Shown: one piece after another, positions 51,642-62,546 of the stretch
Numbering within the stretch: the first letter of the stretch is position 1
How the letters are laid out: every line of letters begins with the position of its first letter
Assembly: GCA_040954595.2 (NCBI GenBank)
Contig: CM082581.2
Location: 2,162,699-2,226,698, forward strand
DNA length: 64,000 bases
Source of the DNA: Balanoglossus misakiensis
Taxonomy: Eukaryota > Animalia > Hemichordata
Direction of reading: 5' to 3'
Program-made: the position numbers and the translations under genes
Notes under the pieces: model-generated
Told to the model about the DNA's origin: nothing
What the model saw: only the letters and a program-made list of their open reading frames with translations
The model's database searches: none

Positions 51642-54600
51642 ATGAAGTACGCTTTATTTGATTTTTACGAAGAAAAGAGTGTTGAAGTTGGTGAGACGAA
51701 TTGGATAGAAGATCTCGATGAAGACGACGTTATGTGTTTTGACTTCGACGAAGATTGTGCTGTCCAGTGGTCATCAAAGAAGGCAGGAAGAGATCCGGCG
51801 AGATATGTAGCAAAAGTTATCAAGTTTAGCGGTAAGAATTGTTTGGATTTTTTCAAAACTCAAAAAAAACGTGTCAGGTAGAAACATTTCCCAATGTTGA
51901 AGACGTTCATTGTAGAAAGTTACCTTTATCTCGATCCCAGGGTCTTGGGCTCCCTTGAACCAAACACAGCTTGTTTACTTCCTGTTCATTGTTATACTAT
52001 TTGCATAACAAAACGAGTTGCCAGGAAAGCCAGCAACCCCTTTGTTTTACTTTGTGACACAATTTTTTTACGTGGTTTGTGTTGTGCATTTTTGATCGTC
52101 AGCAAAAGTTTCTCATTCAGTTGTGTGTGTGTGTGTTTTTCACAACCAGGTCATAATGTTTATCTTTACAGATGACAGGCAGGAGCTGTTGCGACTAGCC
52201 AACGTCTATGTCAAAAAAGGGGTGAACACAAACATTAAGACTCCAGAATATGGACGGGGGAAACGTGAAAAGGCACCAAAGAGAATCTACACCGACAGCG
52301 AAGATGATGAAGATGATTATGTACCGGTAAGTTGATATTTAACTACCATGTGGCTGATGCAGAATTCAATATGATTTATCTAGGTACAGATGATATTAAT
52401 TTCTCGTTGTCAATATAAACACCCATTTTCAAAACTCCATGCCAAGTGTTCAGAAGTATCTCACAATAATCATTTCATTTCTTTTTTAGGAAAAAAATAA
52501 CTTGAATAAAAAAAGAAGATCAGCCAAAAGAATTCGTCTTTAAATTTGCTGAGAAAGTTAGAAAGCAAGAAGACATCTGAAGTTCGTAAAAAAATGGAGG
52601 AGGATGTCCAGTCACTTAAGTCTGTAAGTACTGGCAATGTCATACGCCACAATTTCTGCCCCTGAAGCATATACTTTTACTTCCAAACTTGCACAAAAGC
52701 TAAAATAATGCTGACGTATAAGAGAGTGTTGTGAGCTTGTGTGGCTTAATTATGAAACAGGGATTGCACTAGTGTTTGCTCAGAATGAGTCCCTGTCACA
52801 TGAAATTAAAGACAGGAAATTAAAATTTTTGTATTTATGTGAGAGATGGGACCCCTCTGTGTAAAAAGTAAGAGTCCCCCTGAAAAGTTCGGGAAGCAAA
52901 ATATGGGGTTAACGCAACCCCTGCAAAATGTATCTTTAAAATGTGAGCAAAGTTATGCAATTATTGAAACTAATAATATTTCCATCAAAAAGTGACTGCA
53001 GTTCAGTGCTGTTGATGGGTAAATATCACAAGCATGTTGAAATCCATGTATGAACTGTGTTGTTATTGTTGACAACTGTGATTTTTAGTCTATTTCATTA
53101 ATGTTCCTCTGCATTCTAGAGTTCACTCCGTGCTTCAACACCAGTGTCCAGTGGCTCAGAAGGCTATGATGAGGACAAGCTACACCAAGAAATAAGGGAA
53201 TTGAAGGAGGAAAATGCTGCACTACGCTATTCTCTTCGAGTGTTAAAAGGTAAAAGAATATTGATACACGCATTGAATAAAGTCAGTGGATTGTTTTAGT
53301 TCTTGTATATTTTTAATGCAATGAGTAGGTTTTAGCTGAATCAAATTATTTTGTCAGTGTTTTTTTTGTTTTATTTTTAGAAATATCAAAAGTCAACAGC
53401 CAAAATATGCCACAGAATGACTGTTTTTGAAAATACTCATGAATATCACAAAAGAACATCATTTTCGGCATTTTTTTGACGAGAAATTGAAGTATCAAGG
53501 ACTCCATATATGTTTTGAAATACAAAGTAAAATGTTACCATAATTAATTTATAAATGAAAAACATTTAATTTATTCACTTGTACATGATGACTAAGCTGG
53601 GCAAGCTGTAACTTACCTTTTTCAGCACCAATGAAAGCCTTCATTTGTGACCAGCTTTCTCAAACTATGTGTTTTGTAGTTACTTGACAATAGTTTGATA
53701 ATGCTGGTCAGTATGTAAACATCTCAGTTCACCACAATTAAAATAATTTTGTTTATGGATGATGGTCCACTGTCTTATTGGTTAACAATATTTTTTTGCC
53801 AGGATTGTCTCTTTTTTATTCCTTTTCCTATGAACTATTGGAGTTAAATCAATGAACATATGTCCTATACCTCTATTTTCTAATCTTTTCAAATGGTATA
53901 GAGTTACCTGGCCTGCTTGGACAAATTGCTGATGTAAAAAGAACATTTGGTGTAAAGACTGGTGCACCTGCAGTCTCAAAGACAAATAACTCCAGTGGAA
54001 CACATGATGCCCAATTGAACAGTGAAGAGGTAACTGTTGACATCTATTTCAATTTATCATGAATGTCTGATTTCAGGAATCTGCATAGACATAGTCATAG
54101 TCATTCAAATAATACTTCTGCTTCTTAGGTTCAACCATATGGCCTAAGTAAGAAAATTCTTTGTTCTGCATGTGTATGTTTTGCGAGATTTCATGAAAAA
54201 AACTTTTCTGCCTGCAAATGTTTGTATACATGCTTTGGGAAATGTGATTGGAACACCTGCATGCTTGCAGAATGTCACATTTGAGTGCAACTTAACAGGG
54301 TGAAAAATTAGTTTCTGCTGAGATTCTTGATAAGGTGCTTGTATTACATGGAAACTATCGAGTAAATATTAAATTTACCTGTTAAAAATTTCTGTGTTTC
54401 TGAACTTGTGCACTTACCTATCAAAATCTGAGTGGATGCAAAACAAAGAATTTAATTATTTTGGTCATAAAGTTTTTGTTTATTTATCTGCAGACCTGAT
54501 GATTGCAACTCTGTTTAGAACAGATCATGGCTCTGCAACTTTACTTCCATGGAAAATGTGGTTGTATTGTTAGAGCTGTTGATTTCATAGAAAATAGAAA

Positions 54601-55468
54601 GTATTGTAAGAACTCTGTGATAGAGTTTTTACTGTACTTTCTATTTTATCAGGTTTTCTATGACAGAAATCATATTTATTTTGTGTCTGCCTCTAGTGTT
54701 ACCAATTATTTTGGTCTTTTTCAGATTTTGGTCAATGATGAGATGATAGTAACTGCCAAGCAGCTGAGCCGCGTTGACAAATCAACAGCGAAGAAAATGA
54801 CGTATGATTTGATGGCAGTGGTGTTTGATAGGGAAACACTCAGGACTCATTCGTATAGTGGCAGAGTGTGCAACTCAGTCAAGGGTTCTTTACCCAAACC
54901 AGCGCTGGATGCCGACAAAATAAGAGCCATTAAAGGTATGTAGGTATTAAGTTACTTATCATCTCCAATTATTAATTTGCTATTTTAGGTCATAGGAATA
55001 CACAAAGATATATTGGCATTTTGTATATTTGGAGTGATCAGTGATGTATACCTCTTTAACATAGTGTAACCTGCTGTAGATAGGGTGCAAATTTTGCAGT
55101 GCTTTTGCAAAATCTGCTTTGGTCTGCTAATGGAGACCTGTATGTGGAATGAGATAGGCCATCTTTAAAAAGTTGTAAAAGCGTTTAAGGGACTGCAAAT
55201 CAAATATACCATTCTCTCTACCGTAACCTTGATATATTTTCATTTAGTTTGTTCTTTGTTTCTGGCGGTTAGGTTTTAGAAAAAAAAAATATAGTATGGC
55301 AAACAAAGACATCTCTAAGGTTTGAGCTTTGGTTCAGTACAATTTCATTCAGCAATTATTTTTCTCTGTTTCCCCACAGATATTGTATGCAGCAAGTTTG
55401 ACTGCAAGGTTGCTGAGGTAGAGCAGTACATTAAAATGAAAATTTACTCCGAAGCAAAACACAAGTAG
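51642..55468 (+). CDS. Transposon accessory protein with coiled coil and C-terminal BEN domain, ~345 aa; exons 51642-51831, 52172-52326, 52490-52623, 53120-53249, 53902-54029, 54725-54935 and 55380-55468; needs one extra A in the run at 52508-52514
   Basis: GT-AG junctions with compatible phases. N-terminus MKYALFDFYEEKSVEVGETNWI..CAVQW..YVAKVIKFSDD; coiled coil LHQEIRELKEENAALRYSL; BEN-like MTYDLMAVVFDRETLRTHSYSGRVCNSVKGSLPKPALDADKIRAIKDIVCSKF..VEQYIKMKIYSE. AATAAA at 55557. Confidence 0.8.
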
Positions 55469-55794
55469 TGTGGTTAACTGTTTCATTTATGTGTTTTGCT
55501 TATCTTTATTTATTTAAACTCTATTTTTCATGTCACCTTTTTTATTGATTTATTGCAATAAAATGTTAAGTTTTAATTTGATGAGTATGTTGGTTTTTTC
55601 TCAAATATTTCACTGAAAGCCAGCAGAAAACTAATTTGACTGAGGCAACACTGTATTTAGCACATTTATGTGTTAATATTAAACAACAGACTGAAAGAAT
55701 ATGCTGAGTATTCAGTGAAGTATTTTTTTTTATAAATATCAATCTTTTTGCCCCAATCCCACCCCTCTGTCTTTGGTAACCAGATAATACAGGA

Positions 55795-56700
55795 TCAATA
55801 CACATCTATAACTCTTCTATAGAAGTTCAATAGAAAATCAATTGAAATCTATATCTCTTCTATAGAAAATCAATACACATCTATAACTCTTTTATAGAAG
55901 TTCAATAGAAAATCAATTGAAATCTATATCTCTTCTATAGAAAATCAATAGCATATCAATGGAAATCTAGATCTCTTCTATAGAAAATCAATACACATCG
56001 ATAACTCTTCTATAGAAAATCAATTGAAATCTATATCTCTTCTATAGAAAATCAATACACATCGATAACTCTTCTATAGAAAATCAATAGAATATCAATT
56101 GAAATCTATATCTCTTCTATAGAAAATCAATACACATCTATAACGCTTTTATAGAAGTTCAATAGAAAATCAATTGAAATCTAGATCTCTTCTATAGAAA
56201 ATCAATACACATCGATAACTCTTCTATAGAAAATCAATAGAATATCAATTGAAATCTATATCTCTTCTATAGAAAATCAATACACATCGATAACTCTTCT
56301 ATAGAAAATCAATAGAATATCAATTGAAATCTATATCTCTTCTATAGAAAATCAATACACATCTATAACTCTTTTATAGAAGTTCAATAGAAAATCAATT
56401 GAAATCTATATCTCTTCTATAGAAAATCAATACACATCGATAACTCTTCTATAGAAAATCAATAGAATATCAATTGAAATCTATATCTCTTCTATAGAAA
56501 ATCAATACACATCTATAACTCTTCTATAGAAGTTCAATAGAAAATCAATTGAAATCTATATCTCTTCTATAGAAGTTTAATTGAAAAGTGGCCAAAAGTC
56601 CATAGAAGTCAATAGAATTTCCATAGAAATTCCATTGAGTTTCCATGGAATATCCATTGATTCTTAATAGAAATTTTTATTGAAAAGCAATAGAAGTTCT
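55795..56700. repeat. Right subterminal tandem array of ~30-45-bp units
   Basis: Alternating TCTCTTCTATAGAAAATCAATACACATC(G/T)ATAAC and TCAATTGAAATCTATA modules, near-identical. Confidence 0.95.
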
Positions 56701-56842
56701 ATAGAACTTTTTCGTAAGGGTACATCCATACAGACGCAACCGATCTCATGAGGTACCACCAGTATATACAAATGGGACCTAAAGATATTTCGGTGCAACT
56801 TGTAGACTGCATCATATATATATATTGTGTTGTCGCCCAAAT

Positions 56843-56873
<31 letters not shown>

Positions 56874-56879
56874 GGGGGG

Positions 56880-57024
56880 GGGGTTCCCAATGTGCCCTTC
56901 CTATGATATCTGCAATAATTGTAGCCTAGATGGGATGATTGATCAAGCCCATAAGCGATCAACCAGCCCACCAAAGCTACAATTATTGCACCTATTCCTA
57001 TGATAGCTGGATCCATAGGGTAAA
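56880..57024 (-). other. Candidate signal-peptide or transmembrane exon upstream of the EGF exons
   Basis: Acceptor TTATTTGTTTTGTACAG, then MDPAIIGIGAIIVALVGWLIAYGLDQSS. No canonical GT donor found, so the 3' boundary is uncertain. Confidence 0.35.
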
Positions 57025-57986
57025 CTGTACAAAACAAATAAGTGTCAGTATAAAATGTGGTAACTTTTGGCGTTTGTTTCTTCCCACTGAATTTCGACAT
57101 CGCAAAGTGATTTCAGATGTCAGTTTATATTTATAATAACATTACTGCCACTAAGAAATATGAATGAAGTTGCACAGTTCATATAAACATTACACCACTG
57201 GCAACTGTGCTATATCATGCCACTTTTATGACCCCTTTTGACCTCTACATCCTGGCTTTTTGTCGGTGTGAGTATACAATTTCGAGTTTACCAACCATGC
57301 TATTGAATCAATGCATTTTTTCTCATCCTTGAACAAAACTGGTGAACATTGCCTGTTAGAAAAGGTTAGCTGTTCAACATTGAATGATGAATGATGTCAA
57401 ACCAACAAATCACCAGGATGTAAGGTCACACAGGGGTCATGAAAGAGGCCTGTAAGATACTCTTGTTCTCTGCCCACTTTCTAACCCTGCTGTCACTACC
57501 AGCAGCAGGAATGGGACAGGGGACCAGGCTATATCTATAGGACTGTTTGCTAACATTAAGTGTGTTTACTTGAGTAAGTTGGGTACTATAAAAAGAATTG
57601 TCACCATTACTGTAGGGGGAGACATGAGTCTACCTGGTTGATTTATATTTTACATAATGTGCTTAGATTAATAGAAATAATTTATGCATAGTTACTTAGG
57701 AACACTTCCATAACTAGTCTGCATTTTGCCTCTGCCAAATAGTAAAGAAAAAACATCAGAGAATAGGCAGAGTAGAAACTAAACTGCACTCTCCTAAATA
57801 TAAAATGGTTTACCCCTAAGTCTAATGTGATGCATAGTGTGATTCAATCTGTGTCAATAAAATTGCAACCACATCAGTGTTCAGTGAAAACAGTATGTGA
57901 CATACTTTTCCACCTGACCAAATCTATTAGAAACACATTTTTTAAAGAAATTGTTTTAAAGGGGCAGCTGCTATGACATTTGGGAT

Positions 57987-58445
57987 TAATAGAATCTCAC
58001 ACTCCCAAGGACCTGGGATCGTATTTCTCACACGAGTTGGGGATTTTCTGTCACACACGAGCCGCAGGCGAGTGTGGGACAAAATATCCCTGACGAGTGT
58101 GAGAAATACGATCCCAGGTCCTTGGTGTGTGAGATTATTTTTCTCACACGGTCACAAATTAGCCAAATTCGTTAAAACATTGAATAAATGACTCTGGAAC
58201 TGTCGTCTGGGGGCACGTTATAGTTCTGTGCCTGTAATACACATCACGCCATTGGATAACATTTAGTGCGCGAAGAGAAAGAACTCTTTGTCAACCAATC
58301 AGCGCTCGCGTCATATACAGCTTTCGATTCAGTGAGAGTGTGAGAATAATAGAATCTCACACTCCCAAGGACCTGAGATCGTATTTCTCACACTCGTCGG
58401 GGATATCCTATCCCACACTCCCAGCGGCCAGCAGTGTGAGAAATT
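57987..58445 (+). mobile_element. Palindromic Crypton-like non-autonomous element (57987-58350) plus a partial tandem copy
   Basis: ~150-bp hairpin AATCTCACAC...GAGCCGCAGGCGAG...GTGTGAGATT, then a second inverted pair TTCTCACAC...GTGTGAGAA. TAAT at both ends is shared with the following partial copy. Confidence 0.8.
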
Positions 58446-58450
58446 AAATA

Positions 58451-58627
58451 CAGTAAAACCTGTCTGAACCGAACACTGAAGGCACTGAAGAAATTGTTCA
58501 GTTTACAGACATTTCCAGTTTGTAAAGGTTCTTTTAACATGTGATTCTATGTCGAAGGTACTGAAAAGGTGTTCAGTATAGACAGGTTTCCAGATTAGAC
58601 AGGGTTTGGTTTTGACAGGTTTTACTG
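58451..58627. mobile_element. MITE, pogo/Tigger-type; a solo end of the same family lies at ~39894
   Basis: TA|CAGTAAAACCTGTC ... GACAGGTTTTACTG. Confidence 0.85.
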
Positions 58628-59704
58628 AAGGTTGAAAATTAATTCTATGTGGCCACTGAAGATTCTTGTGCTACTCCCAACAATATGTTGAAACCCACAA
58701 TTGATGTATAAAATACCATCCACTAAATATTTAAATGTCACCAAAAACATTTTACTCTAAATAAATAAATATATTCTATAAAAACATATTTTTAGACATG
58801 TTGCATATTTACGTAACAGTAGTAAAAAAATGTGAATGATAACATTACACATTCACGGGCTATGTTGACAAGTGAAGTATAAATGGGTATATTAGCATGC
58901 TGTTTGGAGTAGAACAAGAAATTCCCATTGATACTCAGAACAAAAATATATGTACATCAATTAAAGCCAAAAGTTACAGCTAATGTCCCGTTAAGTGCAT
59001 TGTAATTCAGAAAACTTCTGGAGCATTGAATAAATCCTACTATTCCTAGTATATCAGAAGTTTTTTTCATTTTAAAAATCAAGCTAGTTGCTTTAAAAAA
59101 AATGAGACACTACTTTGTACAAAAGTTATGACAGCTTGCATTCACGCAGATTTGAGCCAGACATCTCAAAGCGTTAACAAAAAAACATAGAGCATACTGT
59201 TTTTGCGAAGGTAATTTAAATTGCTTGTTACGTGATAGTAGTGAAAACAATGGTGACATTGAAGTAACCGAAATGTTCTCCTATATCAAGTTTTCAGAGA
59301 TAATTAACAGAGAAATGTTTATTTCAAAAAGTGAATGTCTTATTTTTTAGCTTATACAGTCACAGTATGTAATAGAGGGACTGTGATATAGTGCACTGGT
59401 TTGGCTGTTGTTTCACTACAGATTTTTGTGGTGGGGGTCACGGGTGGGTCTATGATGGGGGAAACCAGCATAGAACCCCCCCCCTCCCTCCACCCTCCCC
59501 CTAGCTGTGTTTCCATAGAGATAATGTAGTACTAAATGTGACATTATTATATGACTCAGAAGGTCACATAGCTCTGCGTACAGGTCTGTGTATTCCCGGC
59601 TGTATGCAGAGCTAAAGGTCACACAGAGAAACCACACGACAGAGATCTCACCATCTCAAAAAGCTGACTCTGAAAAGCATGTAAAAGAATTAAGACTGGC
59701 TTAC

Positions 59705-60300
59705 CTGTAGGAGGACCTGTGTCACACATCTCTGCCCGCCAAGGTCTTGCCAACGACCCTGGCGATGTCTGTCATCTAGTCTTGCTCCAAGCGATGCTAA
59801 TCACACTGGCGGCGCGTCGTACTCATGTTCATTTCCTTTATCTACAGGCACAGCGACTGCCGTAAAGCCAAGTCATCACCGGACTCATCATATCTGATAT
59901 ACTTCCCTGGCCGGTCGGGGCAACACCGACGTCACGATAAAACGTCGTAGGTCCCGTGGCAACGCCGTAGCTACACCCTAATGAGAGAGAATGTCTAGTG
60001 ATCTGAGTGACGGCAACTGATCCAGGATCTCAATCACTCACCCGGCTCTGTCAGTGTCATGGCTCTCTCTCTCAACTACGGTGCGACCTGTGATGACGAC
60101 CACCTCGCAAAGTTCTGCCAAGCGCCGCCGCGTCCCATGTAGAAAGGTTGCGAAACCCTTTGAAAACACTGCCAAGAATGCTCCATTATCCGAAATATGT
60201 TCTTTCACTGACGTCTCCACTCATGAGAAATTTAAAAAAGGGGCGTAACACGCTGTTGTAAAAGATCAGCTGATTCGCGACCAAAACATTCACGATTGAC
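59705..60300 (-). promoter_or_regulatory. CpG-rich candidate promoter and first exon(s) of a minus-strand host transcript
   Basis: Local CpG enrichment; minus-strand donors CAG|GTAAGC at 59704 and CGG|GTGAGT near 60041. No recognisable protein. Confidence 0.35.
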
Positions 60301-60647
60301 CCTTGACCTAGGATAGTCCTGTACCCTCGATCCAGCGCCAGCTAAGTTGGCGTTGTTAAAATAATTATTAGGTAAACAGCCATCACTATAAGCTATAGAT
60401 GTAATTCAGTAAACCAAAATCTTTAAAAATATATGTTGTCAAGAACAATTTATAGACCAAGGCCATGGCCAGAGGTACGTCCGAAAAATACAAACTGTAC
60501 ATGGTTATTCTTGTATAACCTTTGACCCCGATTTGTAAACAGTGCTGCATGTTTGAAGTATCGCTCTTAAAAATTGAGATTCACCTGATGCAGTGGTTTT
60601 ATATGAAAGCCAGTTGGGGACATGTACATACGCAATAAATAAAAAAT

Positions 60648-60922
60648 TATCTCGAGATCTCGAGATAATTCCATTCGTTTTCCTGACTTTTTATTTTTTT
60701 ATCTCGAGATAATGCTATTCGTTTCCTGACTTTTTATTTTTTTATCTCGAGATCTCGAGATAATTCCAATTCGTTTTCCCGACTTTTTATTTTTTTATCT
60801 CGAGATCTCGAGATAATTCAAGTTCGTTTTCCCGACTTTTTATTTTTTTATCTCGAGATCTCGAGATAATTCCAATTCGTTTTCCCGACTTTTTATTTTT
60901 TTATCTCGAGATCTCGAGATAA
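60648..60922. repeat. ~53-bp tandem array containing the palindrome TTATCTCGAGATCTCGAGATAA
   Basis: About 5 units of TTTTTATTTTTTTATCTCGAGATCTCGAGATAATTCCAATTCGTTTTCCCGAC. Confidence 0.93.
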
Positions 60923-61725
60923 ATTTGTCTAAAGAGGGCGGGTGTATTGGTACGGAGACTGTCCAGAGAGGGCGGTGTATCGGTACAGAGAATATGGCGT
61001 TCTTTTACTAGCTTGACCTAGTACCAGGACTTTTCGTCGGATTCTGCCTTACATGCTGCATCGTATCTTATCAGACTGACTGAGTGTTGGTAAGTTGAGA
61101 TTTTACCTCCTTCTCATAACCGTTAGATTTGTCGTACACGTAACATGACCACACGATGCACAATTTGTACTGGTTTGTGATGTGGCAATCTATTGAGTCG
61201 CCTTGCACGTCAAGTGTCATCATGATCATGCCAAACACGATCGACGCGACGTTGACAATGTGCTGCATGCAATAGGTTGACTGAGACGTTCTTGTCAGTA
61301 TCTCGTACTCAACTTAACTTGCTTGATTTTTGATTCATGATGTAACATATGCCATCAATATATATATATATATATATATGCCATCACAACTTGAGGCTAA
61401 CTCTGGCCTTATGCCGCGCTGTTTGAAACATATATCATACATGATTCAACTTGTGTGTGGGTCGGATAGTTACATCGCCTAGGATCAAGTTGCCATAACT
61501 GGATTCTTCCAATAAATAAATGCACTTTAACTTGATCTTGAATATTAAACAATGCAATGTTAACATCAGTACAGCTGCTGTGATTTATTTTAGTTTGCTT
61601 CAGTCTGTGATTATGACACAGACAAATGTGAGTGTGTATGGTGACCTCAGTACATCCAAGGTCAAACGTCAACAACTCTTCAGTTGATATGAAAGTTTCA
61701 AACAAAAAAATTAAAGCAAAATAGG

Positions 61726-61727
<2 letters not shown>

Positions 61728-61772
<45 letters not shown>

Positions 61773-62546
61773 TGAGTGTGTATGTGTCTGTCTGTGTCTG
61801 TCTCTATGTATTAATGAGTGTGTGTGTAATGTTTGTGCACATTGATTGACTTGATTTAATATTGAAGATTTAAGCACCGATGGCATTTATTACAAAGAGT
61901 TATATTATTATCAATAGAGTCCAAGTTGAAGTCTTAATCACTCCCTAAATTATTTTAAATTGTATGTATGTATGTATGTATGTATGTATGTATGTATGTA
62001 TGCATGTATGTATGTATGTATGTTGACAATTGAGAAGTTTCCTCATCAAAAATTCTGAACAAAATTCTTGCTTCACTGTAATTTTTGGTGAAATATCAAC
62101 TTTATTCAAGGTGAGAAAGTAGATAGTTTTTCCTTCTGAGATAATATTCTCAAATTTCCCAAACTGTTCATAAAAATCAAGTTGATGCATTATTTCATGC
62201 TTGCCTTTAGGTACATCAGTTTTGATTTAACTGTTGTTGATTTTCCTTACAGAAAAATATTACTTAAGCAAACAGATCAGACAAAATGGCAGAAAAACTA
62301 TATGAATTTCTTAGACGACGCAGAGTGCCTGAAGAGGAAATTGACAGACTTGAACAGGAAAAGGTAAATTTTTTATTAGTTCTTGTTGCATATATGTAAA
62401 TATGGCTAAATGAGCTTTAAGGCTAGTAGGTGGAAAAATATTCATTGACAGTCTTTCCATCTTTGTTTGTTTGTTTGTTTGTATGTATGTACCCGTATGT
62501 ATGTATGTATGTATGTATGTATGTATGTATGTATGTATGTATGTAT
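61728..62546. repeat. Intronic microsatellite cluster: (GT)n 61728-61770, (TATG)n 61961-62022 and 62481-62546
   Basis: Directly visible simple repeats. Others are (CA)n at ~41608-41630 and (GT)n at ~56843-56870. Confidence 0.95.

Larger units (their letters stand above)
45870..56720. mobile_element. Full-length CACTA/EnSpm (CMC superfamily) DNA transposon, 10851 bp, with two divergent genes
   Basis: TIRs CCCTTACGAAAAAG(G)TTCTATAGAAC at 45870 and inverted at 56720; long subterminal repeat arrays at both ends; Tnp2-type transposase inside. No clean target-site duplication (GT left, TA right). Confidence 0.93.

Noticed and set aside
54494-54560. Possible extra exon of the BEN gene
   Set aside because: The CAG acceptor at 54493 leads to an immediate stop in the required phase, the alternative acceptor has only a weak donor, and the model closes without it.
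60648-60922. CRISPR-like array of palindromic repeats
   Set aside because: The intervening sequences are near-identical rather than unique spacers, there are no cas genes, and the context is eukaryotic.
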